Of a stretch of 64,000 bases of DNA, positions 1 through 9,077 are shown one piece after another. The stretch lies in the IMG/VR virus record IMGVR_UViG_3300024346_000009. One strand, 5' to 3'. The position numbers and the translations under genes were made by a program. Position 1 is the stretch's first letter. Each line of letters starts with the position of its first letter. Origin of the DNA: a virus. The notes below the pieces were generated by a model. That model did no database searches. It saw only the letters and a program-made list of their open reading frames with translations, and was not told where the DNA came from.

Positions 1-102
1 ATGCAATGGATTCAGCATCTCAAAGAAGAGTTAATGGATGCTGTTGTATACATCCATCGTATTCAAAAAGAATTGAAAGAGAAACAAGATGACTTCAAAT
101 GA
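1..102 (+). CDS. 3' end of a small protein, possibly an all-alpha (MazG-like) NTP pyrophosphohydrolase
   Basis: Frame 1 reads MQWIQHLKEELMDAVVYIHRIQKELKEKQDDFK*; EExxD motif; probably truncated by the window edge; stop overlaps queC start. Confidence 0.45.
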   Translation: MQWIQHLKEELMDAVVYIHRIQKELKEKQDDFK

Positions 103-850
103 AGCGCTGGCATTACTGCCCGATGTACCAGGTTGTGTAGTTATTTTATCTGGTGGTATGGATAGTACCATTGCAATGAGATTGGCTGTACAGAAGTATG
201 GTAAAGAAAACGTTTCAGCTCTAACTTTCTATTACGGTCAGAAGCAAAAGCGTGAAATTGACATGGCTAGAATGTCTACCCAGATACTTGGTGTTAAGCA
301 TAGAGTTGTTGATGCATCGTTCCTTGGTGACATCAGTAAAGGCTTTTCAGCTAACGTCGATACCGACATGGCTATGCCTACGATTAAAGACGTGCTTGGT
401 GATCCTCGTCCTAAGACATATGTACCTAATCGCAATATGATCTTGATGTCGATTGCAGCAGCGTTTGCAGAGACACAAAACGTTGATACTGTTGTATGTG
501 GACTACAGGTACACGATGAGTACGGCTACCATGATACTACACAGCGTTGGGTTGATAAGGTAAATGACTTGCTATCTGAAAATCGTATTATTAAGATTAA
601 GCTTACTGCCCCCTTCAGTCAACTATCTAAGTACGATGAGCTACAGATCTTGCAAGAACTTGATGGTAACTTAGTGCTTACCTCATTTACTATGACCTGT
701 TACAATCCCGACGCACAACATCGATCTTGCGGTGAATGTCCTAGCTGTTCCGAACGTATTGCTAATTTTGCTAAGATAGGTTATAATGATCCAGTTGAGT
801 ATTCTAAAGTAATCCCCTGGCAGGACTTAATCGAAAGAATGAAGGTGTAA
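89..850 (+). CDS. queC: 7-cyano-7-deazaguanine synthase QueC
   Basis: SGGMDS PP-loop, YGQ, TYVPNRN, C-terminal CY...CGECPSC zinc site. Confidence 0.95.
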   Translation: MTSNEALALLPDVPGCVVILSGGMDSTIAMRLAVQKYGKENVSALTFYYGQKQKREIDMARMSTQILGVKHRVVDASFLGDISKGFSANVDTDMAMPTIKDVLGDPRPKTYVPNRNMILMSIAAAFAETQNVDTVVCGLQVHDEYGYHDTTQRWVDKVNDLLSENRIIKIKLTAPFSQLSKYDELQILQELDGNLVLTSFTMTCYNPDAQHRSCGECPSCSERIANFAKIGYNDPVEYSKVIPWQDLIERMKV

Positions 851-851
851 C

Positions 852-1469
852 ATGTGCGCTATTACTGCATCCTTTAATAAGGATAAGCTGTTAGAATTAT
901 ATCGTCTGAATGCATACCGGGGAGAGTTAAGTTACTCTCTTTCCGCTTTTGAGCATACCCCTGCAGGGGTAAAGCTTAATATTCTAATGCAAGATGAGGG
1001 TAAGCTTCCAGAGGTGCTGCTAACGGAAATGAATCATCTTGGTAATGCATTCTATATCGCTCACTCCCAAGCCCCTACAACCGAGTCAAAGAATATTCAC
1101 CCATCAGTATTTGGTGATTGCTTCTTGTGGCATAACGGTATTATTAAACAGAAGAACATTACAGCGGGCACATGGGATACACAATGGCTACAGGAGCAAA
1201 TTATAAACTATGGATGGAGTTCATTGTCCAGAGTAGATGGTACTTTTGCATGTATCATGTATAATAGTGGTGAGCTATTTGTTTTTAGAAATGAAATATC
1301 ACCTATGTTTTATGATGAGAATTTCAACTTCTCATCTACTAAATTTGACGGGGCAGAGTCTCTTGCCCCTAATAAGGTTTTTAAATTAAATTTAGCCTTT
1401 AAGCAATTAACCCCTATTGCCTATTTTCAGACAATGGAGAATCCATATTATATACCGGAGAATGCATGA
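852..1469 (+). CDS. Class II (Ntn) glutamine amidotransferase-like protein, QueC-associated
   Basis: N-terminal Cys2 (MCAI), HS..PT, HP, WHNGII, DT, GTFA motifs; adjacent to queC. Confidence 0.75.
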   Translation: MCAITASFNKDKLLELYRLNAYRGELSYSLSAFEHTPAGVKLNILMQDEGKLPEVLLTEMNHLGNAFYIAHSQAPTTESKNIHPSVFGDCFLWHNGIIKQKNITAGTWDTQWLQEQIINYGWSSLSRVDGTFACIMYNSGELFVFRNEISPMFYDENFNFSSTKFDGAESLAPNKVFKLNLAFKQLTPIAYFQTMENPYYIPENA

Positions 1470-1996
1470 CAGTTACATATAAATTATATTCAGAACCCTT
1501 TAGTATGAAGCACGTAATGGGTGAAAGTAGTAGGACTAAGCTAACCAATGTTGTTGATGGAGATATTCAACCTAATGCTGTAGATCTACGTTTAGGTAAG
1601 GTATTTCAAATTAACAATGAAGTGTTTGAGGTAAGTAATGATCACAAAAAGCATAGAGGCTCTACGGAACTCAATCCAGACGGAGAAGGTTATTTTACGT
1701 TATACCCGGGGAGTTATGAGATCGTTATGGAAAACGTCATCCATGTGGGCGAGGGGGAGGCTGGTTGGGTCATTACTCGTAGCACTCTTAACCGCAATGG
1801 TTGTTTTATTACTTCAGGTCTTTATGATTCTGGCTATCACGGTGTCATGGCCGGGGTACTTCATGTTACGACTGGTATCGCGCGCATTAAGCAAGGTACG
1901 AGGGTAGGGCAGTACTTATCGTTTGATGCAGAAGCACTTAAAATGTACGATGGTAGTTATGGCATTGGTAAAGAGCACGATAAAAAGTATACATAA
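1466..1996 (+). CDS. Trimeric dUTPase/dCTP deaminase-family protein
   Basis: QPNAVDLRL, RSTLNRNG, YDSGYHG, RVGQ motifs. Confidence 0.85.
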   Translation: MTVTYKLYSEPFSMKHVMGESSRTKLTNVVDGDIQPNAVDLRLGKVFQINNEVFEVSNDHKKHRGSTELNPDGEGYFTLYPGSYEIVMENVIHVGEGEAGWVITRSTLNRNGCFITSGLYDSGYHGVMAGVLHVTTGIARIKQGTRVGQYLSFDAEALKMYDGSYGIGKEHDKKYT

Positions 1997-2002
1997 TACA
2001 AT

Positions 2003-2064
2003 GCGGTCTTCGGCGTCATCCCGCTCTATAAACTCTGCTGTCTATGCTATTTAACATAGGAGAA
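2003..2064 (+). promoter_or_regulatory. Candidate preQ1-I-like riboswitch / structured leader
   Basis: GCGG-UCUUCGGCGUCAUC-CCGC stem-loop, AUAAA tail, possible loop-tail pseudoknot, and a hairpin overlapping the SD of queD. Confidence 0.5.
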
Positions 2065-2070
2065 ACAAGC

Positions 2071-2574
2071 ATGTCTTTACAACCAGTAGTTTACAAGTAT
2101 ACCAGTACCAAAGAGTATCACGATTCATTTCCCTGCGCATACCGTCAATGGAGAGCCGATAGTCATTGTAATTTAATTCATGGCTATTCATTCAGTATGA
2201 AGTTTTACTTTGGTACCGATAACTTAGATGTTCGCAATTGGGCGGCTGATTACGGGGGGCTAAAGGATTTAAAGCAAGTGTTAGAAAGTCAATTTGATCA
2301 TACGCTATTAGTAGCCGAAGATGATCCTGAACTAGAAACATATAAATTGCTACAAGCAAAAAACATGGCTAAACTAACTATCCTTCCGAAACTTGGATGT
2401 GAAGGTTTAGCAGATCAATTATATAATTTTGTTAACGGGGTATATATACCTGATTATTGGGGCCCCGGTGAAGCCGGCCGGCTTTGGTGCTATAGAGTTG
2501 AGGTGAGAGAGACTCAGTCTAATATGGCATTCAGAGAAGGTCATCGTGAGTGGGATGAAGATTTATTTAACTAG
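2071..2574 (+). CDS. queD: 6-carboxy-5,6,7,8-tetrahydropterin synthase QueD (PTPS family)
   Basis: CNLIHGY, FDH, E..A and VRET motifs; SD AGGAG supports the start at 2071. Confidence 0.9.
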   Translation: MSLQPVVYKYTSTKEYHDSFPCAYRQWRADSHCNLIHGYSFSMKFYFGTDNLDVRNWAADYGGLKDLKQVLESQFDHTLLVAEDDPELETYKLLQAKNMAKLTILPKLGCEGLADQLYNFVNGVYIPDYWGPGEAGRLWCYRVEVRETQSNMAFREGHREWDEDLFN

Positions 2575-2582
2575 GAAACATT

Positions 2583-3278
2583 ATGACAACAGCATTACAT
2601 GATCGTTACATCGAGAGACCGTTAATGTCAATCGATAATACTACTCTATATTGGATTATAGGGCTTGCAGCTACTTTAATTATGGCCATGACGATGGCTG
2701 ACTTTGCTGCAGCAAAGTTTTTAGACTTTGGCTGGGTAGTTACCCCTGCTGGGGCTCTCTTATTTGCTGTGGTGTTTGTGGTTCGGGATATGTTGCATAA
2801 GCTTGCCGGAGCTGCTGTGGTACAGCGAACTATTCTAATAGGGGTTGGATTAAATCTTTTTGTTGCAGCATTTATGTATGCTATGACTTTTATTCCTGCT
2901 CCAGAATTTAGACCCAGTGTTCATTTTGATGCTGTGTTTAAGATGAGCCTGGGTATTGTAATTGGATCAGAGATTGCCACCCTAGCATCACAATGGGTTA
3001 ATACTTGGATATATCAAAGGTTATGGGATCGGGACTGGGGTAGTTGGTCTAGAACCTTTGTCAGCAACTTAATGAGTCTTCCAGTAGATGCTATTATATT
3101 CGTTCTGTTTGCTTTTGTTTTTATTCCTCCTCTACTAGGCGGAGATCCTATGGATATTAATAAAGCTATTGCAAGAATTGTATCAGGTTCTACGTTATTT
3201 AAATTAGCTGTAATCCTAGCTCTTACCCCTCTGGTAAGTCTGGCTCCTTGGAGAGAAGAAGCAAGAGAACTAAAGTAA
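2583..3278 (+). CDS. yhhQ: Queuosine-precursor transporter (YhhQ/VUT family)
   Basis: Multi-TM protein with AAK, VVRDML, SQW.N, RTFVSN...VD patterns; sits in the que cluster. Confidence 0.8.
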   Translation: MTTALHDRYIERPLMSIDNTTLYWIIGLAATLIMAMTMADFAAAKFLDFGWVVTPAGALLFAVVFVVRDMLHKLAGAAVVQRTILIGVGLNLFVAAFMYAMTFIPAPEFRPSVHFDAVFKMSLGIVIGSEIATLASQWVNTWIYQRLWDRDWGSWSRTFVSNLMSLPVDAIIFVLFAFVFIPPLLGGDPMDINKAIARIVSGSTLFKLAVILALTPLVSLAPWREEARELK

Positions 3279-3282
3279 GCAA

Positions 3283-3474
3283 TTGAATAGTCTAGAGAAA
3301 ATTTGGGCGCGGGCAACCGGGCACCTGATGGGTAGTACCGATAGTGATAGACCTGATGTGCCTATCCTATCCCTTCGGGAGGCTCGTATTGCTTTATTCT
3401 TTAAAACCTTCTGGGTTATTATACATATAGTGACATGTTTTTTTATTATAGCTAACACCATAAGGCATTGGTAA
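3283..3474 (+). CDS. Small membrane protein, conserved phage hypothetical
   Basis: 63 aa, C-terminal TM ending IIANTIRHW; TTG start. Confidence 0.6.
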   Translation: MNSLEKIWARATGHLMGSTDSDRPDVPILSLREARIALFFKTFWVIIHIVTCFFIIANTIRHW

Positions 3475-4529
3475 TGACAAAATTATGCTTAGTTACAGAT
3501 ACCCACTTCGGTGCCCGCTCGGATAGTATCCCCTTTGATAATTTCTTTAGAAGATTTTATGAGGAAGTCTTCTTCCCTGAGATTGATAAAAGGGGTATAC
3601 GGCATATTGTGCACCTTGGTGATTGTTTCGATCGCCGTAAGTATATCAATTTTAATACCCTGTCTTCTTGTCGTAGTTACTTTTTTGACGAAATTAAGAA
3701 AAGGAATATCGAACTACATATGATTGTAGGTAATCACGATACCTTTTTTAAAAATACTAACGACGTTAACTCTCCCCGTCTATTGCTTAAGGACTATGAG
3801 TTCAATGTTATCGATACCCCCTCTGAATTAGAGTTCGATGATGGGTCTAAGATATTCATGATGCCATGGATATGTACAGATAATTATAATCAGAGTATGG
3901 AAGCTATTAAGACTACTAATGCCCAGGTATTGTTCGGGCATTTGGAGATTGCTGGCTTTCAGATGTATAAAGGACACGAGAATGGGGATGGGTTTGATCC
4001 TAGGATATTTGAGAAGTTTGATCTGGTTTGTTCTGGCCACTTTCACCACCGTAGTAGTAATGGGAACATTAACTATCTTGGAAATCCTTATGAGCTTACC
4101 TGGGCGGACTTCGAAGACCCTAGAGGCTTTCATATATTCGACACCAGTAAGAGATCGTTGGAATTTATTCAAAACCCGTTTACGATCTTTTCTAAAATAT
4201 ATTACGACGATACTAAAGAAATAAAATACAGTACTGAAGATTTTGAGAACAAGCATCTTAAACTCATAGTAGTTAACAAGACCGATTACTATGCATTTGA
4301 TAAGTTTGTTGAGGAGATTTACAAAGCTAATCCTCTTGAGTTAAAAATTATCGAAGATCTATCTGAGTTTGAATCTGATGCGATGGGTGACCAGGAGGTA
4401 GATCTAGAAGATACTATTACCTTATTGTCGCAATATGTTGATAGCCTAGACACAGAGGCAGATAAAGACCGTATTAAAACGTTAATGAAGACGTTGTATG
4501 TTGAAGCGCAGAACTACGAAGAAGCATGA
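3468..4529 (+). CDS. gp47: Recombination endonuclease subunit gp47 (Mre11-like)
   Basis: DTHFG, LGD, GNHD, GHFH metallophosphoesterase motifs; next to gp46. Confidence 0.95.
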   Translation: MVMTKLCLVTDTHFGARSDSIPFDNFFRRFYEEVFFPEIDKRGIRHIVHLGDCFDRRKYINFNTLSSCRSYFFDEIKKRNIELHMIVGNHDTFFKNTNDVNSPRLLLKDYEFNVIDTPSELEFDDGSKIFMMPWICTDNYNQSMEAIKTTNAQVLFGHLEIAGFQMYKGHENGDGFDPRIFEKFDLVCSGHFHHRSSNGNINYLGNPYELTWADFEDPRGFHIFDTSKRSLEFIQNPFTIFSKIYYDDTKEIKYSTEDFENKHLKLIVVNKTDYYAFDKFVEEIYKANPLELKIIEDLSEFESDAMGDQEVDLEDTITLLSQYVDSLDTEADKDRIKTLMKTLYVEAQNYEEA

Positions 4530-6259
4530 TAAAATTTAAGACTATAAGATGGCAGAACTTCCTATCAACCGGTGCACAACCTACAGAGGTTAGATTTGAT
4601 AAGTCACCTACTACTTTAATCATAGGTGATAACGGTGCTGGTAAGTCTACTGTTCTAGATGCATTGTGCTTTGCTCTATTCAATAAGCCATTTCGTAATA
4701 TCAATAAGCCCCAGCTAGTTAACTCCATCAACGGTAAGAATATGTTGGTAGAGGTTGAGTTTACTATTGGTAGTAAGGAATATAAGATATGCCGGGGCGG
4801 TAAGCCAACAGTATTTGAGATCTATCTCAATGGGGAATTACTAAATCAAGATGCAGCTGCAAGAGACTATCAGAAGTATCTTGAAGAGCATGTATTGAAG
4901 TTAAACTATAAATCGTTTACTCAGATTGTTATTCTGGGCTCTGCCTCCTTTACCCCGTTCATGCAATTACCTGCCGCCCACAGACGAGAGGTAATTGAGG
5001 ATTTGTTAGATATTAAAATCTTTACAGTCATGAACACTGTACTGAAAGATAAGGCTAATGATATTAAACTTAAGATTACAGATCTAGAAAATAAAATTGA
5101 CCTGGGTAAGTCTAAAGTAAAGATTCAACAAGACTATATTAAGACGCTTGAAGAGGATAAGCAAAAGAAAGTAGAAGATGTACAAAAACGAATATCTGAA
5201 TCGAATGCCGAAATTGCACATCTTCAATGTAGTGTCGAGGAAGAAAGCAGCGGGGCGAGTTTACTTCAATCCAGTATTGTGGACAACACGGAGAAGCGTA
5301 CTAAACGCACGGAACTGGATTCGCTCCTTAGAAAATTATCCGAGCGAATTAAGACACAAGAAAAACATGTATCCTTCTACGACGAACATGACGTATGTCC
5401 GACATGTGACCAAGCTCTGGAGACAAAAGTCAAAGAGAATGCAAAGGCGTCTCACCAGCATAAAATTAGTGAAATTGAAACCGCTGTTCAAACCCTTACA
5501 GAACAACTTGACACTATTGAGACACGACTTGATGAGATTACTCTTGTCGAAGAGAAAATCACTCAACATAAAAGCACTATCATTAGTCTCAACACCAGAA
5601 TCATTGCCAGTCAGAACTATATTCAGAAACTCAATCAAGACATCCCGGCAGCAGGGGCAGACGTATCTAAGCTTGTTGAAGAGCAATCCAAGCTCAAGGC
5701 TACTGCTAAAGAAGTGGTCGTTCATTCGGAAGCAAAGAGCGCATTGGTTGAAGACAAACACTATCTTGAGATTGCCTCTGTACTCCTTAAGGATACCGGG
5801 ATCAAGACGAAGATTATTAAACAATACCTCCCAGTCATTAATAAACTTGTCAACAAATACCTCCAGGCAATGGACTTCTTTATCTCATTTGAGATAGATG
5901 AGGCGTTTAATGAAAAGATAAAGTCAAGACACCGAGATGAGTTTAGCTATGCCTCGTTCTCGGAAGGTGAGAAGGCTAAGATTGATCTGGCTCTATTGTT
6001 TACCTGGCGTACAATTGCTAGGATGAAGAACTCAGCCTCTACCAATCTATTGATGTTAGATGAAGTATTCGATGGTTCGTTAGATATTAACGGTACAGAC
6101 TTTGTTATGACTATCCTAAATACTATAGGAGAAGATAATAATATCTTTATTATCAGTCATAAATCTGCTTTATTTGACAAATTTAGAAGTGTAATCGAAT
6201 TCGAAAAGCATCAGAACTTTTCGCGTATAAAAACAAGGAATATAAATGGCAATACCTAA
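4526..6259 (+). CDS. gp46: Recombination ATPase gp46 (Rad50/SbcC-like)
   Basis: Walker A GDNGAGKS, coiled coil, CPTC hook, FSEGE signature, LDEVFD. Confidence 0.97.
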   Translation: MIKFKTIRWQNFLSTGAQPTEVRFDKSPTTLIIGDNGAGKSTVLDALCFALFNKPFRNINKPQLVNSINGKNMLVEVEFTIGSKEYKICRGGKPTVFEIYLNGELLNQDAAARDYQKYLEEHVLKLNYKSFTQIVILGSASFTPFMQLPAAHRREVIEDLLDIKIFTVMNTVLKDKANDIKLKITDLENKIDLGKSKVKIQQDYIKTLEEDKQKKVEDVQKRISESNAEIAHLQCSVEEESSGASLLQSSIVDNTEKRTKRTELDSLLRKLSERIKTQEKHVSFYDEHDVCPTCDQALETKVKENAKASHQHKISEIETAVQTLTEQLDTIETRLDEITLVEEKITQHKSTIISLNTRIIASQNYIQKLNQDIPAAGADVSKLVEEQSKLKATAKEVVVHSEAKSALVEDKHYLEIASVLLKDTGIKTKIIKQYLPVINKLVNKYLQAMDFFISFEIDEAFNEKIKSRHRDEFSYASFSEGEKAKIDLALLFTWRTIARMKNSASTNLLMLDEVFDGSLDINGTDFVMTILNTIGEDNNIFIISHKSALFDKFRSVIEFEKHQNFSRIKTRNINGNT

Positions 6260-6515
6260 AGAGTATCTAGATAACTCGTGGGACTTTGGCTTTACTGCTG
6301 TAGACGAGGAGACGGTGGCAACACCGATGGTGACAGATGTTAGATCTAATGCTGATGATGTAACCAAGGCCAAGCTTCGTTCAGTAGAGCAACTCATTAT
6401 GCCTCTGTTAGTTAACTTAATGAAGAACCCTGAAAAAGACTATATTCATTGGCCCGGTCGCACAGCTATGATAGAGAAGCAAGTAGATAAAATCCTAGCT
6501 ATCACCAGGGGGTAG
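6246..6515 (+). CDS. Conserved T4-like phage hypothetical protein
   Basis: DFGFTAVDE and PLLxNLMKNPEKDYIHWP motifs; overlaps the gp46 stop. Confidence 0.75.
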   Translation: MAIPKEYLDNSWDFGFTAVDEETVATPMVTDVRSNADDVTKAKLRSVEQLIMPLLVNLMKNPEKDYIHWPGRTAMIEKQVDKILAITRG

Positions 6516-6520
6516 GAAAA

Positions 6521-6528
6521 TATAAATA
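6521..6528 (+). promoter_or_regulatory. T4-type late promoter TATAAATA
   Basis: Exact gp55 consensus upstream of ORF 6551. Confidence 0.75.
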
Positions 6529-6550
6529 ATAGGAATACACCGAGGATCCT

Positions 6551-6904
6551 ATGAAATCTTTTAAACAAATTAGAGAAGATGTAACCACCAGCAAAGAAGA
6601 GGTTGAGCAAGTCTTTGAGGCATCACCATTGGTTAAGTTGGTGCGTAAAATTCAGACTACCAAACGTCACATGGTTGCTAAGTCAAGAGCAAAAAACCTA
6701 CTTACCGTCTCTAAATCTGCAGGCGACGATAAAACAGCCGAAGCTGCAATGAATAAAAGTAAAAGATACAGTAATATTGCCAGGGGAATGGAAGAAGGTA
6801 TTGTAAATCCCGCTGCAAATGCAAAAGCTCGTATCTTTAGCTCTATTGATAGAAAAAAGAAAGAATTATATAAGAATGCTGTTAAAGAAGATTCAGATAC
6901 GTAA
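6551..6904 (+). CDS. Putative head-internal protein
   Basis: Late promoter; MKSFKQIRE N-terminus resembles the T4 capsid-targeting sequence. Confidence 0.6.
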   Translation: MKSFKQIREDVTTSKEEVEQVFEASPLVKLVRKIQTTKRHMVAKSRAKNLLTVSKSAGDDKTAEAAMNKSKRYSNIARGMEEGIVNPAANAKARIFSSIDRKKKELYKNAVKEDSDT

Positions 6905-6910
6905 CTAAAA

Positions 6911-6951
6911 GTAACGTAACGCTTGCACGTATCTGCCTTTTGGTCTATAAT
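6911..6951 (+). promoter_or_regulatory. Early sigma70-like promoter with GTAACGTAAC upstream motif
   Basis: GTAACGTAAC-gc-TTGCAC-17-TATAAT. Confidence 0.75.
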
Positions 6952-6974
6952 AGGGTATCAAAAGGAGAAAAGAA

Positions 6975-7295
6975 ATGCGTTACTTTTTTAACGATGCTGA
7001 AGTTACTGAATCAGAATACCTCGAGTTGATGTCAAGATCAATACCCGATGTTCCTGCGAAATTTGTTATGTCTGTACCTGCTGTAAGAGCTGTTACTAAA
7101 CCTATGCCTAAGAAAAGTGTTGCAAAACCTATTTTTTCTGGCTCATCTAAAATCGATAAAGCTATTGAGCTGTTCAAGAACAATCAAGGTCTATCCGATA
7201 CACAATTTATTACACTCTTCCAGTTAAAGCTGGGCGATATCTCTAAAGGAAACGCCTCTATTTACTTGAAGAAGGTGAAAGAGAGAACTAAATGA
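6975..7295 (+). CDS. Hypothetical early protein
   Basis: SD AAGGAG, own promoter. Confidence 0.7.
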   Translation: MRYFFNDAEVTESEYLELMSRSIPDVPAKFVMSVPAVRAVTKPMPKKSVAKPIFSGSSKIDKAIELFKNNQGLSDTQFITLFQLKLGDISKGNASIYLKKVKERTK

Positions 7296-7780
7296 GAACA
7301 ATATATCTAGATATGGATGGGGTTGTTGCAGACTTTGATACATATGTTTCCAATGTTCTTAATCGAAAGATTGGATGGGGGTCACAAGATCTAACTGATG
7401 AAGAATGGGAGAGGCTGGCCTCTATTGACCGCCTTTACTATCAGTTTCCTTTAATGCCTGATGCTACAAAATTAGTTGCATATGTTAAGAGCCTATCAAC
7501 AAGATTTCATGTTCAATTCTTGACGGCTGTTCCTCGACGCTCTACCATGCCTTCTGCCAAAGATGATAAGCAGGCATGGGTCAATAAGTATTTTCCTGGT
7601 ATGAGAATGGATATAGGGCCTTATAGTCATCATAAACAAAAATGGTGTAAGTCTGGTGATATCCTTATTGATGATCGCCCATCCAATATTGAACAATGGA
7701 CTGCAGTAGGAGGTATTGCCATTTATCACACAGGAGATGTGGATGATTCAATTAACCGACTTAACAAGGTAATTAACTAA
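7292..7780 (+). CDS. 5'(3')-deoxyribonucleotidase (HAD/NT5C)
   Basis: YLDMDGVVADF, LTA, K..W, LIDDR motifs. Confidence 0.88.
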   Translation: MRTIYLDMDGVVADFDTYVSNVLNRKIGWGSQDLTDEEWERLASIDRLYYQFPLMPDATKLVAYVKSLSTRFHVQFLTAVPRRSTMPSAKDDKQAWVNKYFPGMRMDIGPYSHHKQKWCKSGDILIDDRPSNIEQWTAVGGIAIYHTGDVDDSINRLNKVIN

Positions 7781-7800
7781 ATATAGTTACTTTCTAACCC

Positions 7801-7841
7801 GTAACGTAACAGTTGCGGGTTTTCTGTTTTTCGGTTATAAT
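7801..7841 (+). promoter_or_regulatory. Early promoter embedded in a terminator-like hairpin
   Basis: GTAACGTAAC-ag-TTGCGG-17-TATAAT; AACCCGTAAC/GTTGCGGGTT inverted repeat. Confidence 0.75.
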
Positions 7842-7866
7842 AGATACATCTAAAGGAGATAACGAA

Positions 7867-8094
7867 ATGCAAGATTATTACAACGCCAAGTTTACATACG
7901 ACTTCGATGATAAGCGTAATCGTTACGATGTGACTGAGTGGTCTGCTCCTATTAATGGAGTTCGTATCGGTAAGGTTGTATTTTTCTCTGACGTAATGGA
8001 AGAATGTATTGCAATGGCTGAAGAATTCAACTATAATTATAAAGCCGGTCAAGAGTGGGAATTGTTCAATAACCAAGAATGTGAGTTTGTATGA
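7867..8094 (+). CDS. Hypothetical early protein
   Basis: SD AAGGAG before ATG 7867. Confidence 0.7.
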   Translation: MQDYYNAKFTYDFDDKRNRYDVTEWSAPINGVRIGKVVFFSDVMEECIAMAEEFNYNYKAGQEWELFNNQECEFV

Positions 8095-8456
8095 AATTAT
8101 ATATCTTTACCCAGGATCAAGAGAACTATGGCGCCCATGATTGGGATGGCGAAGGCGAAGTTCCCCAGTATTGGAAAATGAAGGGTGGAACGGATTATAT
8201 CGTTGACGTCGAAGGCTTTCGCTGGAACGATTCGTTTGCCGATAAGAACCTTCGTATGATCGTAGATGAACTCCGCTTCATCATCGATGAGTCTAACGAT
8301 TTTTATCGTAGCAGTATTATCGGCTTCGATAAGGTTGAAGATGACTATCAGACCTGGTTGGAGAAGAGCCAGATGGAGTACGATGGCGAGATTAAATATC
8401 CTGCTATTCGCAAGACTTACAATGAGATGATGTTGGTTAACTTGGAGAATGTATAA
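8091..8456 (+). CDS. Conserved phage hypothetical protein
   Basis: ENYGAHDWDG..PQYWK.KGG motif; coupled start. Confidence 0.75.
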   Translation: MKLYIFTQDQENYGAHDWDGEGEVPQYWKMKGGTDYIVDVEGFRWNDSFADKNLRMIVDELRFIIDESNDFYRSSIIGFDKVEDDYQTWLEKSQMEYDGEIKYPAIRKTYNEMMLVNLENV

Positions 8457-8761
8457 TGTATGAAATGCATACTATAATGAATGTTATGAACGGGATGGTT
8501 GAAACTTTTATTGATGATAAATTTCAATTAGTAACCCCTAAAGAAATTGGACTAGATGATAGATCATCTTATCAACTCTTCATTAACGAAGACTACATTG
8601 CTGTAGGTAAAGGTAGTCGTCGAACCCTTGACTATTACGGTGGCTTTGAATATGTGGATGAAGAGCATGTAACGGTGCTTGGTAACTATGTATTCTATTC
8701 TTCCGATGACGAGCGGGTGCAGGGTCACCTGGATGAATTCTTTATGCAAAAAGAGGAATAA
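8456..8761 (+). CDS. Hypothetical protein
   Basis: Translationally coupled, SD GGAG. Confidence 0.7.
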   Translation: MYEMHTIMNVMNGMVETFIDDKFQLVTPKEIGLDDRSSYQLFINEDYIAVGKGSRRTLDYYGGFEYVDEEHVTVLGNYVFYSSDDERVQGHLDEFFMQKEE

Positions 8762-8947
8762 ATGATGGATGAAGTAAGAAAAAGAATGGGTGAGTTAGCC
8801 GAGCCCATCGAGACTCAAATCTTAATGTGTGACTCCAGGGAAGAACTTCTTATGATGGCATGTGTTATGCTTCAAAGAACTAAGGAGATATTTGATCAAG
8901 AGTTAACCGTTGAAGGCCGTAAAAAGATGTTTGAGGATTTTGTATGA
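8762..8947 (+). CDS. Hypothetical protein
   Basis: SD GAGG, operonic. Confidence 0.65.
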   Translation: MMDEVRKRMGELAEPIETQILMCDSREELLMMACVMLQRTKEIFDQELTVEGRKKMFEDFV

Positions 8948-9077
8948 TGATAACTAAACAAGCTGGTAAATGTCCGGTGTCTAAATGGGGCCGCTGGTCG
9001 CTTGTAGTTATATCGTTTTTGTTCCTTATCAAGGGACTAGTATGGTTGGGTATTATTTACACAGGGATAAAAATATT

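Noticed and set aside
2044-2070. Longer queD start given by the ORF track
   Set aside because: The SD AGGAG lies downstream of it and fits ATG 2071; this stretch is structured leader
5336-5824. 162-aa antisense ORF in gp46
   Set aside because: Same codon register as gp46; explained by the local scarcity of TTA/CTA/TCA codons; no SD or promoter seen
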